Part shown: positions 8,989 through 16,704 of the stretch, one piece after another
How positions within the stretch are numbered: the first letter of the stretch is position 1
Layout: each line of letters starts with the position of its first letter
DNA from: a virus
Lineage: Duplodnaviria; Heunggongvirae; Uroviricota; Caudoviricetes
IMG/VR virus record: IMGVR_UViG_3300042564_004805
Span: 1 to 64,000 of that record
Direction: 5' to 3' (one strand)
DNA length: 64,000 bases
The notes under the pieces: model-generated
The model's database searches: none
Seen by the model: only the letters and a program-made list of their open reading frames with translations
What the model was told of the DNA's origin: nothing
Made by a program: the position numbers and the translations under genes

Positions 8989-9267
8989 CTAGCCAGCGGG
9001 GTCGCGTCCGAGAATGACCGGCTCCTGGGTTGCGATCCAGTGCAGCAGCCCTGTGGGGTCGTATGGGTTGGGGAAGGCACGGCGCGGGCACGCCAGAGCA
9101 GGCAGCAGTTCGCATATGATTTGTTTTTGTTCGGGAGTGTCCTGTTGGTGCATGGCGCTGGCACCCAACTCCATGTACTGTTTAATCAAACCTTGCGCCA
9201 CAGGGTTGTCAGCTACCCGATAGCCCTTGAGTGTGCCCCATTTCAAGAGAATATAGTTTTCGGTCAT
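8989..9267 (-). CDS. hypothetical ORF chimeric across the GC junction
   Basis: N-terminal two thirds encoded in ~45% GC DNA, C-terminal ~35 aa in ~70% GC DNA contiguous with the galE island. Confidence 0.35.
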   Translation of the reverse strand: MTENYILLKWGTLKGYRVADNPVAQGLIKQYMELGASAMHQQDTPEQKQIICELLPALACPRRAFPNPYDPTGLLHWIATQEPVILGRDPAG

Positions 9268-9280
9268 CGTGGCCCCGACT

Positions 9281-9362
9281 CAGTTGAACTCTGTTGTTTC
9301 ACCGTTCTTCACCCGTCGGAGAAGATATGACGGAGAGAGGAACTTGCAGATTTTCCTGCTAT
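9281..9362 (-). pseudogene. duplicated 3' fragment of the RNA ligase gene (RKICKFLSPSYLLRRVKNGETTEFN*)
   Basis: ~80-bp direct repeat of 9783-9860, which encodes the last 26 codons plus stop of 9784..10995, with synonymous and conservative changes. Confidence 0.5.
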
Positions 9363-9373
9363 GCAGTCGATAC

Positions 9374-9646
9374 TCACTTGGCCCGCGTGGTAGCTTTCGT
9401 GTGAGCCCGCACTTGCTTGGTGTACGCGCTCAGGTCACGGATGAAGCAATGCCAGGGGTCAACATCAGCCATCCACATCTGATACACATCCAGGTTTTGT
9501 TCCAGCCAACCAGGCATTTTGACCAGCGCGCGGAGCACAGTATCAGCACGATCACGACTGAGATTGCTAGTGTCTAGACCCAACGCGGCAGCAGCCACAT
9601 ACGCGCGGCCAACGTTAGCAAACATAGGCTTGGGGAGATCGCTCAT
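9374..9646 (-). CDS. hypothetical protein
   Basis: 90-aa ORF with a strong promoter upstream. Confidence 0.5.
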   Translation of the reverse strand: MSDLPKPMFANVGRAYVAAAALGLDTSNLSRDRADTVLRALVKMPGWLEQNLDVYQMWMADVDPWHCFIRDLSAYTKQVRAHTKATTRAK

Positions 9647-9673
9647 TTGTTAGTCCTTTATGTATTATACGTC

Positions 9674-9701
9674 ATATTAGCACAGTTCCGGACATTGTCA
9701 A
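9674..9701 (-). promoter_or_regulatory. sigma70-like promoter (TTGACA-16-TAATAT)
   Basis: plus-strand tgtcaa at 9696-9701 and atatta at 9674-9679, upstream of the ATG at 9646. Confidence 0.55.
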
Positions 9702-9783
9702 CCAGAAAGTTTCTGTTTCTGGGATCAATATGTCTAGGGACTTGGGCATAGGCAGCAGTAGACCTCCAGTAGATCGTAGCGCA

Positions 9784-10995
9784 TCAGTTGAACTCCGTTG
9801 CCTCGCCGTTCTTCACTCGGCGGAGCAGATACGCCGGAGAGATGAATTTGCAGATTTTCCTACCGTGCAGGGGATGCTCGGTGGGAACCAGGCTGCGCAC
9901 CACCACACCTTCCCGCACATTGGTGCCACCCACCGTTGTGACACCGTCTCTCACAGCCTCAATGGCAGTTTGGTCAAAGGGGCCAGTGTAGAGGGTAGGT
10001 ACACAGGGCAGGTCCTTTGCCCAGTAGGCCACGGCATCGGGACTTAGCCACTCCCGCCCGATCCGCATGTCGAACACCCGGAACGTGGGCTTAGTGGTGC
10101 CGTAGTCGAGGTCCTGCACGCCCTTGCCGAAAACTTCTCCCAGGATAGCCACCGGATGAGCACCGCCGTCCACCTTGCTCATCCTGTGGAGGAGCCCGGC
10201 GAGGTCATGGTCGGCTAGCAGTGTGCCAAGTGCCCGCACATAGAGGTTGTTGGCGTTGGCTTCGTTGTTCTTGAACACCAAACCCTGACCGCCTAGTCCC
10301 TTGCTGCTGACAGTGATGCTGCGGTAGCCTGCATGGTCGGGGAACATCTCGGGATGGTCCATGCCTGGGAAGTACTGGATGATGGTACAAGATCCATGAA
10401 TTTTTTCTTGGGCCACCACCACCTCACCAGGTTCGAAGATGTCAGGCACGCTCTCCCAACGCTGAAAATCGTAGGTAAGAGCAGCCTCAGCAACACTGGC
10501 AACTTCACCAGACATCGCAGCGGGAATGGGCGGCTCCCACCTGGTGATGCCCAAGATTGCAGCAGCATCCTCGCCTAGCTTGACTGGATATTCAAGACTG
10601 TCTTTGCCTACTACATGTACATCCGTCGCCGACCCAAAATCAGCAGAAAGGCAATCGTCATCACCATATGCAATGAGCCCATACAGCACACCTTCGCTGA
10701 AAATACCACGCAGCTTGAGTGGCTTCACACGGTTGCCATCACTGCCTGCCAGCACACCCTTACCAGCGTCTTCGTTCCAAAATCCCATGTCCTTGAGCAG
10801 CCATTCAGGCAGCACCGAGGCTGAGGGAATGTATACGACCCAGTCACCGGGCTTGTAGCGCGGGCTACCATCCTCTAGTTTGTTTGCGATGCAGAGATAA
10901 CCGAGGCCTTCAAGGCGCACAAGAGAAAGGCGATCCGCATTCGGATGTTCTTCGACTGCGGCCACACGCACCACAGGGCAACTGAACTTGCTCAT
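9784..10995 (-). CDS. RNA ligase (Rnl2/Rnl5-like nucleotidyltransferase) with N-terminal OB-fold tRNA-binding (Myf/EMAP-like) domain
   Basis: N-terminus VVRVAAVEEHPNADRLSLVRLEGLG...KLRGIFSEG is tRNA_bind-like; motif I EKIHGSC; EGVVVRS; C-terminal RKICKF lysine motif V. Confidence 0.75.
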   Translation of the reverse strand: MSKFSCPVVRVAAVEEHPNADRLSLVRLEGLGYLCIANKLEDGSPRYKPGDWVVYIPSASVLPEWLLKDMGFWNEDAGKGVLAGSDGNRVKPLKLRGIFSEGVLYGLIAYGDDDCLSADFGSATDVHVVGKDSLEYPVKLGEDAAAILGITRWEPPIPAAMSGEVASVAEAALTYDFQRWESVPDIFEPGEVVVAQEKIHGSCTIIQYFPGMDHPEMFPDHAGYRSITVSSKGLGGQGLVFKNNEANANNLYVRALGTLLADHDLAGLLHRMSKVDGGAHPVAILGEVFGKGVQDLDYGTTKPTFRVFDMRIGREWLSPDAVAYWAKDLPCVPTLYTGPFDQTAIEAVRDGVTTVGGTNVREGVVVRSLVPTEHPLHGRKICKFISPAYLLRRVKNGEATEFN

Positions 10996-11026
10996 CTCGT
11001 CCTCACAAAAACTGTCTTATCAACGC

Positions 11027-11055
11027 ACATTAGACTAGGTGTAGCTATGTGTCAA
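11027..11055 (-). promoter_or_regulatory. sigma70-like promoter (TTGACA-17-TAATGT) for the RNA ligase gene
   Basis: plus-strand tgtcaa at 11050-11055 and acatta at 11027-11032. Confidence 0.5.
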
Positions 11056-11064
11056 CCAAAAACT

Positions 11065-11361
11065 TTATGCCATTTCCTCAACCACCCACTCATCCACCAC
11101 CACAGCCCTCACACAGTAATGTGTTCCAGGAGCCATGTCTGTCACAGAATTGAACAAGTGAGTGTAGTATCTTTGGCCAATTTGCTTGATGGTAGGCAGT
11201 TTGAGATAGGTCTTACCAGTTTTGCTGAGATTGCTCTTTACTGCAATCGTGCCGCTGCCATAATAGCTGGGTAGGTCTGCGAGCTTGACTCGCACTTCCC
11301 TGCTGGGGCAAAAATACATGCTAGTAGGCACATGCAGGATCCGATAAACAGCAGCCATCAA
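11065..11361 (-). CDS. hypothetical protein
   Basis: ORF only. Confidence 0.4.
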   Translation of the reverse strand: MMAAVYRILHVPTSMYFCPSREVRVKLADLPSYYGSGTIAVKSNLSKTGKTYLKLPTIKQIGQRYYTHLFNSVTDMAPGTHYCVRAVVVDEWVVEEMA

Positions 11362-11945
11362 ACCAGGCCCATTTCCTGTCGGATGAAGCGGAGCAGGCCA
11401 GCCATGCTGTCCACATTGCCGTTAGCACCAATCACTGCCCGCAGTGCCCGGCTCCGAACGTCTCGAGAGATGTTCATCTGCAGGCTTGTGTTGATCCAGT
11501 CAATCTTCTCGTTCACCTTGGCCATTGTCATCCGGTTGGGGTTGAACTTGGCGTTCCAGTTGCTGCCCATGCCATCACTGCTGGGATCGCGCTTGCTGTT
11601 CACATTGCGCACACCAACGTTTGTAAGACCCTCCTGGATCAGCTGATCCGCCACCTGTTCCTTGTGTTCAGCAGCACGGATCATGTTGGGAAACTCGCCC
11701 TCCACGTCCTGTGTTTCCCAACCCTCATATTGGGTGTTGACAAAAGCCAGCATCAGCCCACCAGTGAGAACGCGATCGTTCTTGTAGTTGCCTACCAAGC
11801 CCTGTTCATATGCATAACGGCTCTTGCCTGCAATACCCTGCCAAGTGGTGTTAGCAGCCTTGCTGTCAACATTGTGAATGCTCACATGAAACAACCGCTT
11901 GGCGGCGTGCTTGTGAACAACGATCTTCTGAGGCTTGTTGGTCAT
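11358..11945 (-). CDS. hypothetical protein (faint amidase_2-like SIHNVD motif)
   Basis: 195-aa ORF with a promoter at 11970-11997; weak resemblance only. Confidence 0.5.
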   Translation of the reverse strand: MTNKPQKIVVHKHAAKRLFHVSIHNVDSKAANTTWQGIAGKSRYAYEQGLVGNYKNDRVLTGGLMLAFVNTQYEGWETQDVEGEFPNMIRAAEHKEQVADQLIQEGLTNVGVRNVNSKRDPSSDGMGSNWNAKFNPNRMTMAKVNEKIDWINTSLQMNISRDVRSRALRAVIGANGNVDSMAGLLRFIRQEMGLV

Positions 11946-11969
11946 GTCATGTACTCCATTTACCAGCGC

Positions 11970-11997
11970 AACATAGCAGGATATTGAGTGTTGTCAA
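11970..11997 (-). promoter_or_regulatory. sigma70-like promoter (TTGACA-16-TATGTT)
   Basis: plus-strand tgtcaa at 11992-11997 and aacata at 11970-11975. Confidence 0.45.
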
Positions 11998-12009
11998 CCA
12001 AAGATGTGC

Positions 12010-12381
12010 CTAAAAGGGCGTAATTGTGCTGGCAAAAGCCTCCACAACGTCCTTGGCCTCTTTCAGGCCCAGAGCCGTTTCAGTTCGCAGCTCTTTGATG
12101 GCATTGATCTTCATGCCAGCACGAACATAGTCTTCCACAGACTTGCTGATGGTGACCCCATACATGGTGGGACGTTCAGTATTTGTGAGGCGTCGCATAG
12201 CTTCCCGACTGGTTTCGTCCAGGATCAAGATGTCGCGTGCATCTCGTGACAGTGCGTAGATGTCGTGTGCCCGAGCTTGCCCTTCTCGAGCACCTTCGTG
12301 GCTTAGGTGGATGATCTCGTTCACCAGGTGCACTAGGCGCTTGAAGTCATTGTCAGAAAGGTTTCCGAGATCATCGGTCAT
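12010..12381 (-). CDS. protein with ribosomal L7/L12 C-terminal domain-like segment
   Basis: C-terminus [26 protein letters not shown] resembles the L7/L12 CTD ([24 protein letters not shown]). Confidence 0.6.
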   Translation of the reverse strand: [123 protein letters not shown]

Positions 12382-12392
12382 AACCGGTTTTC

Positions 12393-12629
12393 CTATTTCT
12401 CAAACACGTGAAGACGAGTGCTGCCAAACGAGGTCTTTACCTTGCGCACACGGTAGCCATGCCGCGCAAGGATCATGCTGGCCTCGCTGTAGAGGCGTTC
12501 ATCCCACCCCCATACCTTGATGCTGCGACCATTTTGAATGCGGTCGCTGAACAGGATTCGAGGTGTACCCAGCAGGGTGATGAGGCTGCGCACAAGACGG
12601 GCGGGAGTGGGTTTGGGTTTGTTGTTCAT
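12393..12629 (-). CDS. hypothetical small protein (start at MNNKPKP)
   Basis: a promoter sits immediately upstream of the internal ATG at 12627-12629. Confidence 0.4.
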   Translation of the reverse strand: MNNKPKPTPARLVRSLITLLGTPRILFSDRIQNGRSIKVWGWDERLYSEASMILARHGYRVRKVKTSFGSTRLHVFEK

Positions 12630-12635
12630 GTGCCT

Positions 12636-12664
12636 AAAGTAGCAGGGGGTTACGGGGTTGTCAA
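12636..12664 (-). promoter_or_regulatory. sigma70-like promoter (TTGACA-17-TACTTT)
   Basis: plus-strand tgtcaa at 12659-12664. Confidence 0.35.
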
Positions 12665-12672
12665 CAGTGGTT

Positions 12673-12978
12673 TTAGCGTTTCCAGCCCAGTTCTTCACCC
12701 TTGCGATATGCGCCCATGATCCAACCCAGTGCCTCAGGATATTCCTGCACATCGTCAAGGATAATGTCAGTAATGGCATCATCCAGTTCAGGATCCGGAT
12801 CCTGCTGGACCCCCATAAGTCGTTCAAGAGCCTCTTCGCGCTGAGCAGCAATGATGCTAGCCTCCAAGAGTGCTTGCATGATCCGAGCCATTTCTGGGTC
12901 ATCTTTCCATTCCGGTGGAAAATTCCCACCAATAATGGTCCACTTACCAAATGGGTTTGGTTGGTCTTTGGGTTCCAC
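12673..12978 (-). CDS. hypothetical acidic protein
   Basis: 101-aa ORF with protein-like composition. Confidence 0.45.
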   Translation of the reverse strand: MEPKDQPNPFGKWTIIGGNFPPEWKDDPEMARIMQALLEASIIAAQREEALERLMGVQQDPDPELDDAITDIILDDVQEYPEALGWIMGAYRKGEELGWKR

Positions 12979-13038
12979 AGCGTTGTTCCTCTATATGCCC
13001 AACAGTTGTAACAGGGCGTTTCACTAATGCAAGATTTT

Positions 13039-14097
13039 TTAGAGAGTTTTCAGGATAAGATGGTTGCTGTTTAGTTTGCCAGAGAGTGCCCACTTTTTGC
13101 CCTTGAGGCTGGTCATCAACACTTCTGCACGTCGAACTGTGGTAATGCTGGTAAATCGTGGCAGCCAACTGTCGGGCTCACGCAAAGCTCGCCCTTGACT
13201 CAAGGCAGGGTCAAAATTGGTGATGCGAGCCCCTTGCACACTGAGCTTTTGCTCTCCACTGGCTCGATACACTTCCACGTGATGAGTTTTGGTGTTGTAG
13301 ACTACGGCCAGTTCAGCACCAACCACATTAGTGGGATCCACTGACGTGATACCCAAATCAGTGTCTGTTGACTTCACTTTGATACGAGTGGCAGCAGCTT
13401 CTCCTTGGCGATCTCTAGTGTCAACAGTGCTGCTCATCAACCTAGCCCGTGCAGTTCGCTTGCCTTGTTTGATGCTGCCACGATTGCTGTTAAGTAGTGT
13501 GAGGGTTTCAACCACTGTTCGTAACACAGGCACCCAATTGCTGACAGTGGGGTCACTTTGGGCTTCATGCAAACAGTCTTTGTAATGAGTCAATAACTGA
13601 CGATGAACTCCGCTGTTGCTGGGTGCATACGCTGATACAATGTCTCGCACACCTGCTGCCACCTCACGTATTGTTCGAGTGCCTTGTAACGTTTGTGTTT
13701 TGAGGTTGTCAATTCGACTGTAACAGTTAACATACTGATCCCGCTGCCGTGTTTGGCTAGTAATGGGCAAATTTTGCCATGTGGGAGTAGCTCGCTCAGT
13801 TTGCTCTGCCAGGCGGTCCAGCAGCAACACCACTCGGGTGAGACTGCTTGCGTTCAACTCAGCACCATGGTTCAAACAAAATGCAATCTTGCCTTCGAGG
13901 CCAACAACACTGCTGCTCAAATCCAGCACACTGTTTTCTTTGCCTAAGGAAGCTGCATAAGTGGCCAGCTGCTTCTTCAACTCGCGTTGGTCCAGTTCAA
14001 CGTTGATTTGATTCAATAAATCAGCGTATTTTGCTTCAAAATCTGCATCAGTGCAACGCAAATTGGCCGCCAGTAGTTTGAGAGTTTCCATTGTCAT
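13039..14097 (-). CDS. hypothetical protein (start at MTMETLK; listed ORF begins at TTG)
   Basis: 352-aa ORF; the promoter at 14104-14133 is immediately upstream, so a leaderless or short-leader transcript is possible. Confidence 0.5.
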   Translation of the reverse strand: MTMETLKLLAANLRCTDADFEAKYADLLNQINVELDQRELKKQLATYAASLGKENSVLDLSSSVVGLEGKIAFCLNHGAELNASSLTRVVLLLDRLAEQTERATPTWQNLPITSQTRQRDQYVNCYSRIDNLKTQTLQGTRTIREVAAGVRDIVSAYAPSNSGVHRQLLTHYKDCLHEAQSDPTVSNWVPVLRTVVETLTLLNSNRGSIKQGKRTARARLMSSTVDTRDRQGEAAATRIKVKSTDTDLGITSVDPTNVVGAELAVVYNTKTHHVEVYRASGEQKLSVQGARITNFDPALSQGRALREPDSWLPRFTSITTVRRAEVLMTSLKGKKWALSGKLNSNHLILKTL

Positions 14098-14103
14098 ACT
14101 CCA

Positions 14104-14133
14104 ATTTATGCAGGCCAATTTGGTTTGTGTCAA
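14104..14133 (-). promoter_or_regulatory. sigma70-like promoter (TTGACA-18-ATAAAT)
   Basis: plus-strand tgtcaa at 14128-14133 and atttat at 14104-14109. Confidence 0.45.
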
Positions 14134-14183
14134 CTGACGGTCAGCAGCCAAAACAGGTAGCTATCGCTGCTGTCAAATTTTGT

Positions 14184-14381
14184 TCATGTCCAAATCAACG
14201 CAAACTCAGCAGCTTGCTCCTCTGAAGGAAACAACCAGCGACCTTGCCCAATATACATCCATTTGATGGGTTGGTCACCAAAGTTGTTGTTGCACCAGAT
14301 GCTGATCTTCAACAGATTGTGAACTGAGTTGATGGGCAAGGTAACTTCATAAGGCAAGTGGCTCCACGGTGTAGGGCCCAT
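14184..14381 (-). CDS. small protein, family 1 (divergent member, ...EEQAAEFALIWT)
   Basis: C-terminal motif W.F..E..A.EF.LIWT. Confidence 0.45.
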   Translation of the reverse strand: MGPTPWSHLPYEVTLPINSVHNLLKISIWCNNNFGDQPIKWMYIGQGRWLFPSEEQAAEFALIWT

Positions 14382-14569
14382 TTATAGCCAACTTAATGCG
14401 AACACAGCCTCATCTTCTTGGGAGATAAAAAACAAGTTCAACCTCAACACCCAAATAGACTTTATCAACGTTATAGGTTGTACATACCCACTGTTTGAAG
14501 CTCGCCCAATTATAATCATCTATGTGAGATTTTGTTTGGTAATAGGCTATAATTTTGTCCCACGTTGGT

Positions 14570-14857
14570 TCACTTATCTTCATTGGCAGCGACATCCCAA
14601 ACCAAGGTGAAAAGAACAACATCCGCTTGATACCAAAAACTCCATTTGAGATAGCATTCTTCCTCACATTGCCCAAACTGGGGGTGAACCATCCACCCAG
14701 TGTAGCCAAAACTTTGGTTGCACCAGCGTGACATTTCCTGACGTCTGGGCTCATCCAACGTGGTTGCTGCCCAATACTTCATGTCCAAATCAAACTGAAT
14801 CGCATAGCATCTTCTTTGTGCGAAAAATACACAACATTGGCTGCTGCAAAGAACCAA
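14570..14857 (-). CDS. small protein, family 1 (…WSFWYQADVVLFTLVWD)
   Basis: family motif near the C-terminus; overlaps 14410..14754, which is in another frame. Confidence 0.4.
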   Translation of the reverse strand: MVLCSSQCCVFFAQRRCYAIQFDLDMKYWAATTLDEPRRQEMSRWCNQSFGYTGWMVHPQFGQCEEECYLKWSFWYQADVVLFTLVWDVAANEDK

Positions 14858-14964
14858 GCAGTGCAGTCCACGTTCCGCTCAAGCCAACCACGCATGCCAG
14901 CTTGATCACTGCCCCCCAGAGTTTCAACTCTGTGGGGCCAAAGTTCTGCACCCAGGTTCTGCAT
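14779..14964 (-). CDS. small protein, family 1 (...HKEDAMRFSLIWT)
   Basis: C-terminal family motif. Confidence 0.45.
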   Translation of the reverse strand: MQNLGAELWPHRVETLGGSDQAGMRGWLERNVDCTAWFFAAANVVYFSHKEDAMRFSLIWT

Positions 14965-14969
14965 GCTTG

Positions 14970-15485
14970 TTACCCTGTGGTCCTTGCTAATTCTTCAAAA
15001 TTATTCACTTGATATTGAATAAGTTTGGGAATTACCATTGTGTTACGATTATACGTGAAAAAGATCCGTCCCATACCAGTTGTGGGATGCCGATTGATAT
15101 TTTGTGTCCAAAACTCTTTGGGTAAGTAAAAATACAAGATATTGTTTTCGCAAGGGTTATAAACTACACACCGTAATGCTCCCTGCTTGACAACACCAGC
15201 ACTGGTTTGTACACCTGAGATTTCACCTTTATGAGATGCTGTACCAGCTTTAACCGGTTCTGATCGAATACTTGCAGTTTTACAATCACTTCCATCACTG
15301 AAATCTTGATGATCCCCTCTGACCAAGTTGTAAGGACCCCATGCCGCCAGACATTCTTCAATCAGCATTTCCACCTTGAAAATCTCTGGCCGCAACATGC
15401 CGATCTCACGAAGTTGAGTGCTGTCAGCGAATTGCGGGTGATAATTTACAATTACCTCCTGCATTAACACAGTTTCTTTGTTCAT
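14970..15485 (-). CDS. hypothetical protein
   Basis: 171-aa ORF. Confidence 0.45.
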   Translation of the reverse strand: MNKETVLMQEVIVNYHPQFADSTQLREIGMLRPEIFKVEMLIEECLAAWGPYNLVRGDHQDFSDGSDCKTASIRSEPVKAGTASHKGEISGVQTSAGVVKQGALRCVVYNPCENNILYFYLPKEFWTQNINRHPTTGMGRIFFTYNRNTMVIPKLIQYQVNNFEELARTTG

Positions 15486-15778
15486 GCAGCTTGTTCCAGT
15501 GTTGTAGCTGCATAAGGATATGCTGTATTCACCAGATCAAAACGGATGTAATGCGTCCGTTCAAACATCATGTCGCAAGCCAGCTGCCTCATTGTACGCA
15601 GTTGCACTTTGATCACCGGATCATATGGCCGGCCGCGAGTTTGGCTTTTGAGTTCACGAATAGCCTTCACCACAACCACATATTGTTGACGCCATTTATC
15701 CCTACGAGCAATAGCTCGAGAATTTTCCCGACGCTGAGACTCAGAAACGCGAGTGTTCATTTTTCCTACTCCATACAC
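15482..15778 (-). CDS. hypothetical basic protein
   Basis: 98-aa ORF with ATGA-type overlap to its downstream gene. Confidence 0.45.
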   Translation of the reverse strand: MYGVGKMNTRVSESQRRENSRAIARRDKWRQQYVVVVKAIRELKSQTRGRPYDPVIKVQLRTMRQLACDMMFERTHYIRFDLVNTAYPYAATTLEQAA

Positions 15779-15821
15779 GAGTGTTTCAACAATCTGAAAC
15801 TTAACACACCCTGTTGTTCAG

Positions 15822-16022
15822 TCAACTTTCCCAAACAAGGCCAAACCAAATTAAATCATCCTTATTTGTAAACCACCATTCATAACGACTTCTGTCGTGG
15901 CATCGCACAGTCCACTTGATATCCCGGTCACCAAAATTATCAGCACACCAACAGATACGACTGTTGGCTTCTTGAATACTCATCCTGATTAGCCGTGTGT
16001 TGTAACAATGAGAAAGTGTCAT
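15822..16022 (-). CDS. small protein, family 1 (...NKDDLIWFGLVWES)
   Basis: C-terminal family motif. Confidence 0.5.
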   Translation of the reverse strand: MTLSHCYNTRLIRMSIQEANSRICWCADNFGDRDIKWTVRCHDRSRYEWWFTNKDDLIWFGLVWES

Positions 16023-16055
16023 GCCAGTGTAATCACACTACCAAATAGCTGCTTA

Positions 16056-16088
16056 CGATGTCAAGGAAAAAGCCCGGAATACACCGGG
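16056..16088. terminator. bidirectional rho-independent terminator
   Basis: aaaaAGCCCGGaatacacCCGGGCTtttt: 8-bp GC stem flanked by an A-run and a T-run; follows the stop of 16121..16327. Confidence 0.7.
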
Positions 16089-16120
16089 CTTTTTGCACTA
16101 TCTTAGATGTGGGCTAGCAC

Positions 16121-16327
16121 TCAGCCAGCAAAGTTGCCCTTGCCTGTGCACATGAAGTAGTCATATGCTTCTGGAGCATTTTCCTTGTACTCTGCGCGGA
16201 AATAATTGGCTAGTTCAGTGTTGCTGGACCAACGCAGGTTCATGTTGCTGTTGTGGGTTGAAACGTCGCCAAAAATAGCGCGGATAAGTGTAGTAAACAT
16301 TGCTTTCTCTCTTTCTCTATGTTGCAC
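16121..16327 (-). CDS. hypothetical small protein
   Basis: ORF followed by a terminator. Confidence 0.45.
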   Translation of the reverse strand: MQHREREKAMFTTLIRAIFGDVSTHNSNMNLRWSSNTELANYFRAEYKENAPEAYDYFMCTGKGNFAG

Positions 16328-16407
16328 TGCAATATTTACACTAGATTTATGCGATCAACAAGTTGCATAGCTACCAGACAGGCATGCTCAAAACACATAC
16401 CTCAATC

Positions 16408-16704
16408 TCAATTTGTGGAGCGTTCAGTATTTTTGATGAGTTGAGACATGTCTATTCCATTAACAGACAGCAGACTATCAAACCTCAGACTGCGCCAATT
16501 TCCCTTATCTAGATCCCAGAGGACCACTAGATTCAAGTTTTGCCCCTTTGACTTTCTATTGGTTGATACTTGCGTCGTGGATACTTGCGGCACAAGTTGT
16601 TCAGATAATGTGGCCTTCATTTTTCGGTGAGAGCCATCTCGTTTCTCAAACACTAGGTTGACTTCACCAGACAACAGTTTTTCAACAAATTGATCTCGTG
16701 TCAT
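16408..16704 (-). CDS. hypothetical protein
   Basis: ORF only. Confidence 0.4.
   Translation of the reverse strand: MTRDQFVEKLLSGEVNLVFEKRDGSHRKMKATLSEQLVPQVSTTQVSTNRKSKGQNLNLVVLWDLDKGNWRSLRFDSLLSVNGIDMSQLIKNTERSTN

Noticed and set aside
7609-9164. Long ORFs in other frames of the high-GC island (8031..9164 377 aa, 7994..8542, 8636..8959, 8641..8970, 7609..8097)
   Set aside because: High GC suppresses stop codons in all frames. Only the 7973..8965 frame carries a complete, motif-rich GalE, so the others are artefacts.
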